From: Octopus sinensis
Lineage: Eukaryota
Direction: 5' to 3'
Assembly (NCBI RefSeq): GCF_006345805.1
Contig: NC_043005.1
Coordinates: 70,866,001 to 70,930,000, forward strand
Length of the DNA: 64,000 nucleotides
Position numbers and translations under genes: made by a program. The notes under the pieces were generated by a model that made no database searches, was not told where the DNA came from, and saw nothing but the letters and a program-made list of their open reading frames with translations. This document shows, in pieces, positions 23,486 to 37,380 of this stretch. The number at the start of each line of letters is the position of its first letter. The first letter of the stretch is position 1.

Positions 23486-26400
23486 TGATATATACACATA
23501 TATATATAGTGTCTGGAGAGAATCATTCTCTTTTAATACCTTATTACTTAACACACTCACTGGTTCTATTTCCACTCATTTAGAAGACACCCAATGTACC
23601 ACACAGTGGGATTGAACTTGGAACCATGTGGTTGGGAAGCAAGCTTCTTATTTCTTTGTTGCCCACAAGGGGCTAAACACAGAGAGGACAAACAAGGACT
23701 GATAAAGGGATTAAGTCGATTATATCGACCCCAGAGCGTAACTGTTACTTAATTTATCGAGCCCCAAAGGATGAAAGCAAAGTTGAACTCAGATCATAAA
23801 GACAGACAACATACAACTAAATATTTCGCCTGGTGTGCTAACATGTCTGCTAGTTTATTTACTGCTTTAGATTGTGTATGTACTGTTTGATTACAAACCA
23901 TGCCAATGCTCATAGTTACTTCAGCCTCATTTTCACTGCTGTATTTTAGAGAATCATGTTTCTTTCATTTATTATATAATGTAATAATGGAAACTTATAA
24001 TTCGTTGGTTGCTTCTGAGTAATTTTTCTGCTTTGGTACTTGATTCTTTCTTCTCATAAAATGACTACACAATAGAATAGTTATTTTGAAGTATTTGTTG
24101 AGATTTTGGTTGGCTTTAGCTCACCTAACTGCAAAAGTTAGTATTTTGCTTCTTACTATGTACAAAAAACATTTCTTTCTAAGAAAAAAAGAAAAATGAA
24201 CAGAAACTCAGAAATGAGAAAAAAAAAACTGTTTTAAACAGCATAAGGATTTGACTTAGAAATTATTTACTGACAGTTTTTTTGGCCAAGTTCCTTAATG
24301 GAAATTTTGAAGGGACAAAAATAGGGTAGAAAAAAAGCAAAAGAATGATAGGAAAAATTGTTAGAACAGTAACTTGAAAGGAATCAGTTGAAGGGCTTAA
24401 TTCCACAAAGATTCTAGGGTCATTTTAAACTTACTTGGGTGTGTGTGTATGTGTGTGATCATCTTTTAATGTCCTGTTTTCCATGCTGGCATGGGTTAAA
24501 CAGTTTGATAGAAATAGATGAACCAGAGGGCTCCCCGAGGTTCTCTCACTGTTTTGGCATAGTTTCTAAACTGGATGCCCTTCCTAATGCTAATCACTTA
24601 CAGAGTGTACTAGATACTTTTTTATGTGGCACCAGCACCAGTGAGGTTGCCAATCACATGCATGATAAAACCCCTCAGCTAAGCAGAGTATGAACTGGAA
24701 GAACAACAAACTATGACAGAGGGAGGAAATAGTATGTTCATGATAATTTCCCTTACATTTGCTCAGTATATATTAACCAGTGATACTACTAAGCACAGTA
24801 GTAAATACTTAAATTCATTGGTAGCAGACTGGATGATGATGATACTAAATGTGGAGTTTTAAACTCAGACACATGTACCCTTAATATAGTTCTTAGGGAG
24901 ATTCAGCCTGAGACAGAATATGACAAGGCTGGCCCATTTGTGTTACATGTACAACACATTTTTGCCAGCTGAGTGGACTAGAGCAACATAAAATAAAGTG
25001 TCTTGCTCAAGAACACAATGCACCACTAGGTATTGAACTCATGACCTTATGATTGTGAGCTAAATACCCTAACCACTAAGCCACATGCATTCACTAGTTT
25101 AATAAATAAATGTTCATAAAGCCTCAAGATGTTTGTAAGTGCTAGCATTTAGCTGCTATTTTCATAGACTGAAGTGGAAAAAAGATAAAGCTTCCCTTGG
25201 GTTCAGACACCAGTTTATCTAAATTTGATTATATGTTCTTAATAATATATGAACTGAAATAAAAATCACTGATTTGAGAGCTTCTCACTTAACTCATTTA
25301 GAGTCAGTAAACAATTTTGTCATTTAGCCTAAGATCAGCATTGATTAAGAAGCTTAAAGGCATATACCTGTGTGGTAAGAAGCTTGCTTCCCAACCACAT
25401 GGTTCCAGGTTCAGTCCCACTATATAGCCTCTTGGGCAAGTGTCTTTTACTATAGCCTCAGGCTGACCAAAGCCTTGTAAGTGGATTTGGTTGACAGAAA
25501 CTGAAAGAAGCCCATCGTATATATATATATATATGTGTGTATGTGTGTGTCTTTGTACATAAGTTTGTCCCCCACCAGCACTTGACAAATGGTGTTGGCG
25601 TGTTTATGTTCCTGCAACCTGGCAGTTCAGCAAATGAAATCAATATAGTAAGTACCAGGCTTTACAAAAAAATAGTAAGTACTTGGGTTGATAAGTTTGA
25701 CTAAAATTCTTCAAGGCGGTGCCTCACCATGGCCACAGTCTAATGACTGAAACAAGTAAAAGATAAAGGATAAGGATAAGTTAGCCAATATTTCTTTTTA
25801 AAAAGGTGGCGAACTGGCAGAAACGTTATCACGCCGGGCAAAATGCTAAGTGGTATTTCATCTGTCTTTACATTCTGAGTTCAAATTCCACCGAGGTCGA
25901 CTTTGTCTTTCATCCTTTCGGGGTCGATAAATTAAGTACCAGTTGCATACTGGACTAAATGATGGTGATGATGACGATGATGATGATGATGATAACCAGA
26001 TTATTGCACCTTACATGGGGTTCCCTAAGGGTCATATGAACCCCAGTGGAGAACTATAAGTGTAGAAGACCCTAAATTGGTTGATATAATTGTTTACTAA
26101 TTTAATTAGTTTCAAATCAATTTTAATCTTGTAGACTTATAGTCAAAGACATTCCAGCCTTGGCCAGCCCATCTAATACTACATTATTTAATATTCTAAG
26201 GTGGCAAGCTGGCAGAAATATTAGCATGCCGAGCAAAATGCTTAGCAGTTTTTGTCTGTCTTTACATTCTGAGTTAAAACTCTGCCAAGGTCAACTTTGC
26301 CTTTTATCATTCAGGGTCGATAAATTAGGTACCAAAATTTCGGGCCTTGTGCCTAGAGCAGAAAAGAATATTTATAGCTTAATAAGGTGGTGAGCTGGCA

Positions 26401-26636
26401 GAAATGTTAGCACAGTGGGTGAAATGCTTAGCAGTATTTCATTTGTCTTTATGTTCTGAGTTCAAATTCTGCCGAGGTCAACTTTGCCTTTTATCCTTTC
26501 AGGGTCGATAAATTATGTACCAGTTACATATTGGAGTTGATCTAATTGACTGGCCACCTCCGCCAAAATTTCGGACTTGGTGCCCAGAGTAGAAAAGAAT
26601 ATTTCTTTTTAAAATGCTTATGTGTAATTTATATAC

Positions 26637-26688
26637 CATCCCTTGCAGATTCAGCCACCACATATCAGCTTCACCATTAGCAAGCACA
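26637..26688 (-). CDS. Candidate 52-nt host exon (VLANGEADMWWLNLQGM)
   Basis: ttattttataaacag acceptor, ATG|gtatat donor, one open frame. Confidence 0.3.
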
Positions 26689-27099
26689 CTGTTTATAAAA
26701 TAAATGGAGATTTTATAATGGCATCGCTTTGATCAACTATACTACTGCCCTGAAAATGTGTGGCTTGAGGCCAGTATGAGAAATCCTTATTATTTTTTTT
26801 TTTTCATCTCAATACTCTAAGCTGAAATCTTGCCAGCTGTTACTTAGCTGTTCAACCCCAATATAAAAGATACATTAGGAACTCTGACAAATTGGCAGAG
26901 AACCACAACTTCAAAAGCACTACATGTGCAGCAGTAGTTAATAGTTGGCAACTATGAAATCTGCTATATAAAGTGTTCAGGTATGTTGCTAGAGGAAGTA
27001 GAGTGTTTCTGTTACCTTGGTGACCTAATTAGTGCTCAAGGTTATAGTAACTCAAACATAATAAGGTTTTCTCTCCAATCAAAAAGTAGTCTAAATCAT

Positions 27100-28290
27100 C
27101 ATCATCATCATTATCATCATTATCATCATCATTTAACGTCTATTGTCCATGCTGGTATGGGTTGGGACAGTTTGACCAGGCTGGCACGTTGGAAGGCTGC
27201 ACCAGTCTCCAGTCTGATTTGGCATGGTTTTCTATGGCTGGATACCCTTCCTAATCTCAGCCACTCCAAGAATGTAGTGGGTGCTTTTTTTATGTGCCAC
27301 TAGCACACGTGCTATTTGCTTGACACTGGTATCTGCCTCAACTGCGATATTGCTCAGCTTGATAGGTCTTCTTCTCAAGCATGACATAATGCTAAAGATC
27401 TCAGTCATTGCCTCCATGAGGTCCAACACTCAAAAGAAACTGAGCCACTTTGCCTCCATGAGGCCGGCCCAACACTCGAAAGGTGTTCTTTACAAGCCAC
27501 CGGCATGGGTGCAACTGGCTTGTCAGGTTCTCTCAAGCACAGCACATTGTCAAAGGTCTTGGTCATTAGTCATTACTTCTGTGAGGCTCAGAGTTTGAAG
27601 ATCATGCTTCACCACCTCATCCCATATCTTCGTGGGTCTACCTCTACTACAGGTTCTCTCCACAGTTAGAGATCGGCACTTCTTTATACAGCTGTCCTCA
27701 TCCATATGCATCACATGACCATACCATCACAGTCATCTCTCTTGCACACCACATCTTCTGCCTCTTCTGCCTAACCTTTCTCTCAAGATGCTTACACTCT
27801 GTTGAACATGCACACTGATATTGCACATCCAGTGAAGCACACCAGCTTCATTTCTTTCATGCCTACACAAGTACTTGGCTGTCACAGTCAATGTTTCACT
27901 GCCATGCAGCAAAGCTGTTCACACACAGGCATCAAGCAACCTGCCTTTCACTCTAAGAGAGAAGCCCTTTGTTTCCAGCAGGGGTAGGAGCTCTCTGAAT
28001 TTTGCCCAGCTTAATCTTATTCTCACAGCTACGCTCTCAGAGTATCCCCTACTACTACTAACTTGGTCACCTAGATAACGGAAACTATCTCCTACTTCTA
28101 GCTTGCCCCACTGGCAGTTGATGGAGTCTATTTTCTGCACATGTTCAGTGTTTATTGTACCTGTGCATCTTCCACATAAAAAAGCTAGTTTCCCTGTTAA
28201 CATTCCTCTGATTATTGCTGCAGCTTTTATATGTCCAAACCTTACACTGGGTGCATCTTATGAAGTTTCTACCTACACCATTTCTACAGA
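27100..28290 (-). mobile_element. RTE LINE 3' fragment (ORF C-terminus plus 3' UTR and (GAT)n tail)
   Basis: CGRCTG...LEVGDSFRYLGDQVSSSRGYSESVAVRIRLSWAKFRELLPLL...KGRLLDACV. Confidence 0.88.
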
Positions 28291-29504
28291 TTGAGCAGGG
28301 CAATCTACCCGAAGGGATTTATGATTTGTCTGCCTTGCTACTTACTAGGAGGTTGAAGATATGAAAAGTGATGATACAGATACAACTGAGGTGCCTTTGA
28401 TTACAGGACTGCTAGATCAGAGCTGACATGAGCTAAACAGAAACACCAATAATTGAAATGGATGCGTGGATTATTGATTTAGATTTCATAGGGACAGACA
28501 TGGTTGTGCTTAAGAAGCTTGCTTTGAAATCACAAGGTTCTAAAGTTCAGTCCCAATCTGCAGCACCTTAGACAAGCAAGTATCTACTACTATACCCCTG
28601 TGCTGGCCTATGCTTTGAGATTGAATTTGGTAGATGGAAACTGAGTGAAGCCCATTATGTGAGTATACACATGTGTGTGTATGTATATATGTATCTGTGT
28701 GTCTGTGTACATGTGTGTGTGTGTGTGCATGCATGTGTGTGTGTGTGTGCATGTGTGTGTGTTTGTGTGTGTATGTTTGTGTGCATGTGTGTTTGTGTGT
28801 GTGTGTGTGTGTGTCCTGAATCTACATGTGTCATTTTGTTTTCATCCCGGTAACTTAACAGTTCGGCAAAAGAGACTGGTAGAATAAGTCTTAAAAGCTT
28901 TAAAATATGTACTGAAATCAATTTGTTTGACTATCAAGGCAGTGCCCTAGCATGGCCACAATCAAATGACTGAAACAAGTAAAAGATGGAAGATTACAAA
29001 CACATAACTCTTGAGTTCAAATTTACTGCAAAAATGTTGTGGATTCAGCAAGCACACACAATTTTGCTTTATCTTAGTTCTTGCTCACAAGTAACAATGC
29101 CAAATTAGATTTTCTATTAATGTTATCTGAGATAGACTGATGCCATACAAGATCAAATCAACTCGGTGTTTAACACATTAATGGTTCATTCGTTTCTATT
29201 TGTATGTGTTTCATACATAGCCAATACCCTCTATTCTGTTCAACCTCCAATCCAACCCACCATTTCTCACATCCTTATTGATTGAACACCTTTAAATGTG
29301 GTCACAATCTACATGACCTTCTGGGCCTCAGTATTTTCATCTATAGCCACATGCAGTCAAAGACAATGACTTCTTCCAGCTCCAGTTGCCACACTTTTCT
29401 CTTCATCCATAACATACCATTCCGCACGTCCCAGATTCACTTTCAATGTCACTAACTTCCATTTCACCTTAAGAATATAATCTAAAAGCTAATCCTTCAG
29501 CATA

Positions 29505-29864
29505 TCTCTATATATATAAAGCTGAAGTTGTCTGTGTATGGCAGGTTTGGTAGCCTTCAACTAACACTATCTCCTCCGAGACCATGCGGCGCAAGTTGAC
29601 CAAAATTTGGAGTATGATAGAAGAAGGCTTGCTCTTCCTTCTGTAGAAGAAAAAATTGAAATCGGACCATGTTAACACCAAAAATTATTTACATCAAAAA
29701 GGTGCTTTTTTTTTTGCTATGAAAATCCCTATTTTTTACGATTTTTTTATTGCTGTGTCGCCGTTTTTCGGTGTATGCAACCATAATGCAAAATTTTTAC
29801 TTTTCAAAAATTCCATTTCTAAAGGGTTGAAACAAACTCGAGCTATGCCCGGCAATACTGCAAG
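29505..29864 (+). mobile_element. Non-autonomous Helitron-like element
   Basis: 5' TC start, 3' GC-rich segment then CAAG (CTAG-like), inserted between A and T. Confidence 0.6.
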
Positions 29865-30336
29865 TAATATATAAAAACAATCAGTTATAGATTAGCTGAT
29901 TGATGTTCACTTAACTTCCTGCTCTTCATACGCTCATTTGCCAGATACTCTTTCCACTTATGTTCTGACATTGTTTACCATACTTGCTTGATAACACACA
30001 TAAATTTTATCTCCAGCAAGCATCTTTCTCACCTTCTCTACCTATTCTCTCTTGACAAAAGACACATTGTCCAAAACAATATCTTTACAGCATAATAAAT
30101 TAATTTCGTCATTGTTTTTTTATATATTAATCTTATTTTTATCTCATAATTTACCGCTTACAAAAAATCCCTGCTCTTCTGCCTCCCAGGTGGTACATAG
30201 GTTTCGTATCTTACTATTAACAGTTGTTGGACCACTTTACATACTTTCTTTTTTTTATATGTAATCACAAGGGCATTAATTTTTAAGAGATGTATAATTA
30301 AGTCTAATTATACTAATTATCTATTTATTCAATTAC

Positions 30337-30407
30337 CTTGAAATTTTGATAGACAAAGCCAGTTGTGTGGGCAACTGAACTTGGAAATTAGTGGAAACAT
30401 GAAAAAT
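30337..30407 (-). CDS. Candidate 71-nt host exon
   Basis: aaattctttag acceptor, CAAG|gtaatt donor; two open frames (IFHVSTNFQVQLPTQLALSIKIS or FFMFPLISKFSCPHNWLCLSKFQ). Confidence 0.4.
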
Positions 30408-30754
30408 CTAAAGAATTTAGTTGAATAGTCTACTATTTCTGCCGCCCCACCTTCCTAGTCAACACAGTACCACTATGGGGAGTCAATGTTTAATTAATGA
30501 CTGTGTACTTTTCTGTGCTTACATCAACACCTTTTAGTTGTTGGAGCTGGCACTGTCTCCATGGTAACACAATCAACTGCATATGAATAAAACCTACACC
30601 TCCTCATATGCTGAAATTTACTTGTCCTCTATTAAAATTCCATTCATATCGAGTATGTAACACAGGAATATGAATCAACCCTCAAAAGGAAGAAATATAA
30701 AGTTGACCTTATTGACCATAACAGGATTTGAAGGCAAAAAATATATAGGACTAT

Positions 30755-30974
30755 ACTCTTTTACTCTTTTACTTGTTTCAATCATTTGACTGTGGCCATG
30801 CTGGAGCACCACATTTAGTCAAGCAAATCGACCCCAGGACTTATTCTTTGGAAGCCTAGTACTTATTCTATCGGCCTCTTTTGCTGAACTGCTAAGTTAC
30901 GGGGACGTAAACACACCTGCATCAGTTGTCAAGCAATGTTGGGGGGGGGGACAAACACAGACACACAAACATAT

Positions 30975-31021
<47 letters not shown>

Positions 31022-31440
31022 TACGACGGGCTTCTTTCAGTTTCCGTCAACCAAATCCACTCACAAGGCTTTGGTCAGCCACATTGTTCTGGGTTCAGTC
31101 CCACTGCGTGGCACCTTGGGCAAGTATCTTCTAATATTTCCTCGGTTCAGCCAAAGCCTTGTGAATTGATTTGATAGACGGAAACTGAAAGAAGCCCATT
31201 GTATATATGTATATGTATATATGTTTGTGTGTGTGTTGTTGTGTCTGTGTTTGTCCCCCCAACAGCGCTTGACAACCGATACTGGTGTATTTACATCCTC
31301 GTAACTTAGCGGTTTGGCAAAAGAGACCGATAGAATAAGTATTAGGCTTACAAGGAATAAGTCCAGGACTTTGCTTGACTAAAGGTGGTGCTCCAGCATG
31401 GCAACAGTCAAATGACTGAAACAAGTAAAAGAGTAAAAGA
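30755..31440. mobile_element. Two SINE family A copies in opposite orientation
   Basis: Minus copy 30755-31070 abuts plus copy 31075-31440. Confidence 0.85.
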
Positions 31441-32303
31441 TATGAAACACTTCATCTCCCACCAAAATATCTCATAAAATCACCCTGAGTCTTATGTGAA
31501 AATTTAAGCCTGTATTACATGCACTAAAAGCTTTCCTTTTCCTGAATATGTGTCACTGAAATTAGGATGTGTCTAATATACTCAAGCATCAACAAGCTGG
31601 TAGAATCATTATCACACCAAGCAAAATGCTTTGTGGCATTTTGTCCAGCTTTATATTTCACTGAGATAAACTTTATTCTTCATCCTTTCAGAATCAACAA
31701 AATAAATACCAGTTGAGCACTGAGGTCAATGTAGTCAAATTACCCCAACCTCTGAACTTGAAGGCCTTGTGCTAAAATTTGAAATCAATATGCATTATTC
31801 ATGCCATCTAATATGGTATGTAATTCCTTTATGAGCCTATTTGTGAGAACCTGTGTCTTTAAGTAACATTCAAAGGAAAGACTGAACTCAGCTTTAGAAG
31901 CTAATTAAAACCTCATATTACACGACACTCTCACTGATCACATTAAACATGTTAGCATCTCAGTTAAATAGACTATTTGCTAATCAAATATCTTAGCTAA
32001 AGACTCATTGCTGCACCAATGATAGTATAAAAACTATTAACTCTTTAATTAATGATTAATTACTGGTTAGTATATTTAATATAAAACATCAAAAATCTAA
32101 TTAGGAAGGCTAATGCAATGGGAGATGACATCAGCTCAAAGGTTAATATTTATTAATGCTTTCAGCAAGTATGGGAAATAACTTCAGGCAAGTTCAAGTC
32201 TTATTCAACTTCTTCAGTTTTTCCTTTTTCTAAATATATTGTTGTTGGGTGTTGGGAGGGTCTTTATGCCAATAATGAAAGCATACATGGTTTGCATTTC
32301 GAT

Positions 32304-32336
<33 letters not shown>

Positions 32337-32553
32337 CACCACCACCACCACCACCATCATCATCATTTTTTTTTTTTTAATTGAATTGCATTTCATTTCA
32401 TCTTCTGACCAGGTCTCAACTAGAGACCTAAGGAACATATATATTAGACGGAGAGAAACTTCTGAGAATGGGGGTGGTTGATGTCAACACAGATTTTTAA
32501 TTCTCATTGATTGTTGGTTTCACAGGGGGTCTGGTCAAAAAATATTCTAATAC

Positions 32554-32577
32554 CTTTCTTGATCATACTCATGGCAC
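32554..32577 (-). CDS. Candidate 24-nt microexon
   Basis: ctctgttgttacag|GTGCCATGAGTATGATCAAGAAAG|gtatta. Confidence 0.3.
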
Positions 32578-32814
32578 CTGTAACAACAGAGATGGATTTG
32601 GATTCTAATTGCCATGCCCCAGATATCTCAAACAAAAAAAAAAGAAAAAAATGCACATGATAACACTTCCAGTCAGTTAAGTTTGGAAGCCATGAGAGCC
32701 ACTGCCTGGTACTAAATTCAGGGCATTCATCATCATCATCATCATCATCGTCATCGTCATCGTCACCGTCACCGTCACCATCACCATCATCATCCTCCTC
32801 CTCCTCCTTCTTCT

Positions 32815-33250
32815 TCTATGTTTGACTTCTGCTTTATATTTGTACAAGTTGGCTCCAAGTCTCACCCAGAGACCTCAAGAGACAACAGGTTGGAAGTTCA
32901 TGTTGTTGTTATGCCTAGTGTGCCATATATATATTTTTTGGGGTGTTGTACTCGTGAATGTCTAAAAAAAAAAAGAACCGAAAATTTTGTTTGTTTTAAA
33001 CCTTGAGATTACATAGAAAGTACTTTGCGTAGGATATGAGCAGTTACCATGAGCACTATCTTTTGAATTTCTGCCATTTTGGGGTTTCCTCGTATCTGAG
33101 TTAGGTAACAATCAGCCCCTTTTGCTATCATTCCCAGGGCACCTATGACAACAGGTATTGTTTTAGTCTTCAGCTTCCACATTTTGCTGATTTCTATTTT
33201 AAGATCTTTATATTTGCTCAGTTTTTGGTAGGTCTTGACAGATACGTATA
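32815..33250 (-). mobile_element. R4/Dong-clade non-LTR element 3' end (restriction-like endonuclease)
   Basis: KLSKYKDLKIEISKMWKLKTKTIPVVIGALGMI...IQKIVLMVTAHILRKVL*; flanked by trinucleotide repeats. Confidence 0.88.
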
Positions 33251-35160
33251 TATTGATTTATTATTATCATTATTATTATTATTATTAATATTATTATTAT
33301 TATTATTCATCTACTTAACCATTTAACCAATTAACCAGTTATCTGTTAGGTAGCTGATTGGTTGATTGAATAAACAATTAATCAAACAATAGATTAGTTA
33401 ATTGATTAAATGGTAAACTAGTTGACTAATGATAATAAAATAAGTGAAACAGAATCAGTGTGTGTATATGTATCTATTATTGGCATAATGACCCTGAAGT
33501 GACAACAAAATCTGTTTCGACACACAATTTCATGTCAAGAACCTTGCAAACGAAATACAAATATTTAATGATATTCAATTCTCACTTAACTGTTGATTTA
33601 TGTGCAGATGACACCAGTAGGCAACCTCAGGGATTTGTTGTTCTTCCTCAAAAGTTAATTGATAGACTGGCAAATTATTTAACTCAGCCAGCCTCTTATC
33701 CATAAAGGAACACATCTTACATTAGTTGTCCCATATGTAAGACAGCTTTTAAATATTGAAATAATGTTAAATACTGTCTTACTAATAGTATATCTGCTAC
33801 ATGAATTTGTCTCAGAGAGTTTGTCTTATAGATTTTTTCCTCTTTTCTTAAAACTATGTCTTGATTCTTAGAATGAGAATTGATGGCAGAATCTTCTTTT
33901 ATTTTCTCATTTTGTTATAATTCGCATTCAGGTATCTTTGGGTTTATTTCTGTTTTATCATTCTTTTTATTATTTTACTTTGAGAATCGATATTAGATTT
34001 TCATAGAAATTTTGCTCTTCCAAACACAAAACTATCAAACAGTAAACTGTTTCTTTCTTTAACTAAAATTTATATATAAAAAAAAACCAAGACAAAAACA
34101 AACAAAGAAGAATGGCAGAGGAAAAAAAAATCTTTATCAGAATAAGGCCAGAAAATACTTTATTTGTTTTCATTAGAACAACATGTTTAGATAGTATTGT
34201 CTGGCTAAACACAAAGAATATAATGCTTAACAAGTGTGCCATTAATATGACCGAAAATAGCAGGATGTGTTAGAAAAATCAATTTCTGAGAAGTAAGTTT
34301 AGTAAGAGGGAAAAAGAGTGAAGGACGGAGACTGATATAGACAGAGACAGACTGCTTTAGTCCAATTAATGAGAATAATGCTGCCACTAAGAATATGGAT
34401 TTTTAAGGCAGCATTCAAAAGATAAGATGAACTAAAATGGACGAAAGTTGTGTTTTTATGTCTGTGTGTTTCTTTCAGTGTTTCAATGAGTTTGTTATTT
34501 TATTAATTTTATTTCATTTTTTTTTTTAGTATTATTATTTGCTACAGTGGTAGTGGCAGCAGCAGCAGCGGCGGCGGTGGTGGTGGTGGTGGTGGTGGTA
34601 GTGGTGGACAGATAAAGAGGATTTTTTTGGTATCAACTTACACAATATGTCTTCTTATGGAATTTTTTGAAAAATTATGGGAAAGAAAATATATATAATA
34701 AAAACACACATACAAAATCAAAATATTCATAAAAAAATATAACAATTATAGTCTGGAGAAGACAAAAAAAAAATGATATGAATTATGTATAATATTTTCT
34801 TTGTGAAGGGTCAGCGAAGATTCCATCAAAGATTAGCAGATGACCAAACAATAACCCATTTCCTTATTTAATATTTAAAAAAATGAGTCACCAGTTTAAG
34901 TAAAGCTTCATTACACTTCAATTTGCTACAAACTCTAAGTTTTTATTTTTCCTAGAGTTCTATTCTTCATGACATTTCTGTCACAATGCCCTCTCGGTTC
35001 ATTTCTGCGCAAATTGCTGTGGTTCTTGGTTTTCCCTTGATTGGCTTTGTTTGAACGTATCAACTATCACAGACCTAAATAGGCTGAGCTGATTCTCTTT
35101 TCCCTTTTCCTTTTTTTTTTCCTTTTTTGTTTGAGTTATCTTCAACTACATTATCTGAAG

Positions 35161-35797
35161 GAGCGATTCCCAAAGGGGGCAGTACCACCTCCCTCTGGTG
35201 GCGGTGAGAAACTGGGACGATAATGAGGTGACCAAAATGGGACAGTGGATATAAAAGAAAAACAAAGAAAATAAGAGCACTCAGAGAGTGCAAACCTTCG
35301 CCAAGGCAACACTAATGTCCTCTCAATGATTAGCCAGAGATGATTTTTTAAATGAGAATATCTGAAATAAACTCGACTGTTTTCACAAACGATGATACTA
35401 AGAATGAATCTGACCGCTGTCAAAACTTAAGTAAAAAAACAGGAAAAATAATCTAGAATCCTTGTCTGGTACCGGATCGATCCCTAATTCTAATCAGTTT
35501 GTGTCAGTCATGCGACCAAACATCCCTGGAAGTTTCATTCGGATCCATCCTGCAGCTCTTGAGATATCTGTCCACAGACAAACAATCAAACATGACTGAA
35601 AACAATAGTTCTGTCTTCGTTAAGGTGGAGCTAATCAATAAAAGGTTAATTAGGTTGAGTTTCATTTGTGAAATACTTTTGTTTTGAATTTGCTGCCAAA
35701 AATGGTCTATGTCTGTGATGGTGGATGGGGGTGGGGCATTAGAAATGTGGCCCAAGAACTAAGGGAGCAGCAGCCTGAAAAAGTTTGGGAACCACTG
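35161..35797. mobile_element. hAT-type MITE
   Basis: Ends GAGCGATTCCCAAA and TTTGGGAACCACTG; 8-bp TSD ATCTGAAG/ATCTAAAG (7 of 8 match). Confidence 0.7.
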
Positions 35798-35994
35798 ATC
35801 TAAAGCATGCTTCCAGTTTTTTAAACATGATAACAAAAGATTCTAAGGAAATTTGGCAACTATTTCAAGTGGGTTAAGCATTTAGAAGTTACAGGATTGA
35901 TGATGCATGCTGTACCTAGCAGAAAAGGTATTAACCACCCGTTTGTCAATCCTGAATGACTGATAGTCCAAGCACATCAACTACCAATGGTTAT

Positions 35995-36172
35995 AGGCAT
36001 AGGAGTGGCTGTGTGGTAAGAAGCTTGCTTCCCAACCACATGGTTCCGTGTTCAGTCCCACTGCATGGCACCTTGGGCGAGTGTCTTCTACTATAGCCTC
36101 GAGCCGACCAAAGCCTTGTGAGTGGATTTGGTAGACGGAAACTGGAAGAAGCTCAACGATGATGATTAAACG

Positions 36173-36210
<38 letters not shown>

Positions 36211-36422
36211 TTTTGTTTCTGTCTTTCCCCCCACCCCATCGCTTGACAACCGATGTTGGTGTGTCTACATCCCTGTAACATAGCAGTTCAGCAAAAGAGA
36301 CCGATAGAATAAGTACTAGGCTTAAAACGAATAAGTTCTGGGGGTCGATTTGCTCAACTAAAGGCAGTGCTCCAGCATGGCCACAGTCAAATTACTGAAT
36401 CAAGTAAAAGAGTAAAAGAGTA
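35995..36422 (+). mobile_element. SINE family A
   Basis: Full-length copy. Confidence 0.9.
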
Positions 36423-36640
36423 ACAGTTGTCAACGTAGAACTGGCAAAACTCTCTCTGAGTGTAGGTCTTGTGTGCCATAAAAAGGTATGAGGTGCATTC
36501 CTTTGATTAGATAGTGGTCATACAATGTAATTGGTATCAGATGAGTATATATAAGATTTAATCCTTTTGATAACAACCTGACTGAGATTGGTGCCTTGAT
36601 AAAAACTTCCTATTTTAAAGGAATTTAAATTAAATCCTCT

Positions 36641-36824
36641 CTTTTACTTGTTTCAGTCATTTGACTGTGGCCATTCTGGAGCACCACCTTTAGTCGAGCA
36701 AATCGACCCCAGGACTTATTCTTTGTAAGCCTAGTACTTATTCTATCAGTCTCTTTTGCTAAACCAGTAAGTCAAGTGATTTTGGGGGGACAAACACAGA
36801 CACACAAACATATATACACACAAG

Positions 36825-36862
<38 letters not shown>

Positions 36863-37032
36863 GATATACGATGGGCTTCTTCCGGTTTCTGTCTACCAAA
36901 TCTATTCACAAGGCTTTGGTCGGGCTGAGGCTATATTAGAAGACACTTTCCCAAGGTGCCACGCAGTGGAACTGAACCCACGACCATGTGGTTGGTAAGC
37001 AAGTTACTTACCGCACAGCCACTCCTGCACCT
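36641..37032 (-). mobile_element. SINE family A flanked by an approximately 100-bp direct repeat
   Basis: Flanks 36541-36641 and 37033-37137 are homologous. Confidence 0.88.
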
Positions 37033-37380
37033 ATGAGCATATAAGATTTAATCCTTTTGATAACAACCTGACTGAGACCACCATTGGTACTTTGATAAAA
37101 ACTTCCTATTTTAAAGGGATTTAAATAAAAACCTCTCATCACACTTTCATGTTAATTTATGTTCCAAACACAAATTTTATAATTATATCTACTTCACTAA
37201 AATTTACATTATGTTCAAAACTAAGTAAAATAAAGGCAGTATATTTTAATAGGAATGTGGTCACAAAAGGATGGGCAATAAGGTGAGCCAAAATGTATAA
37301 TGAATCATTTTATTTGCCAAAGATATGGCAAGATGAGATTATGAATTTGTGCAAAAATTTCTGATTGGTAAATGATTTAC

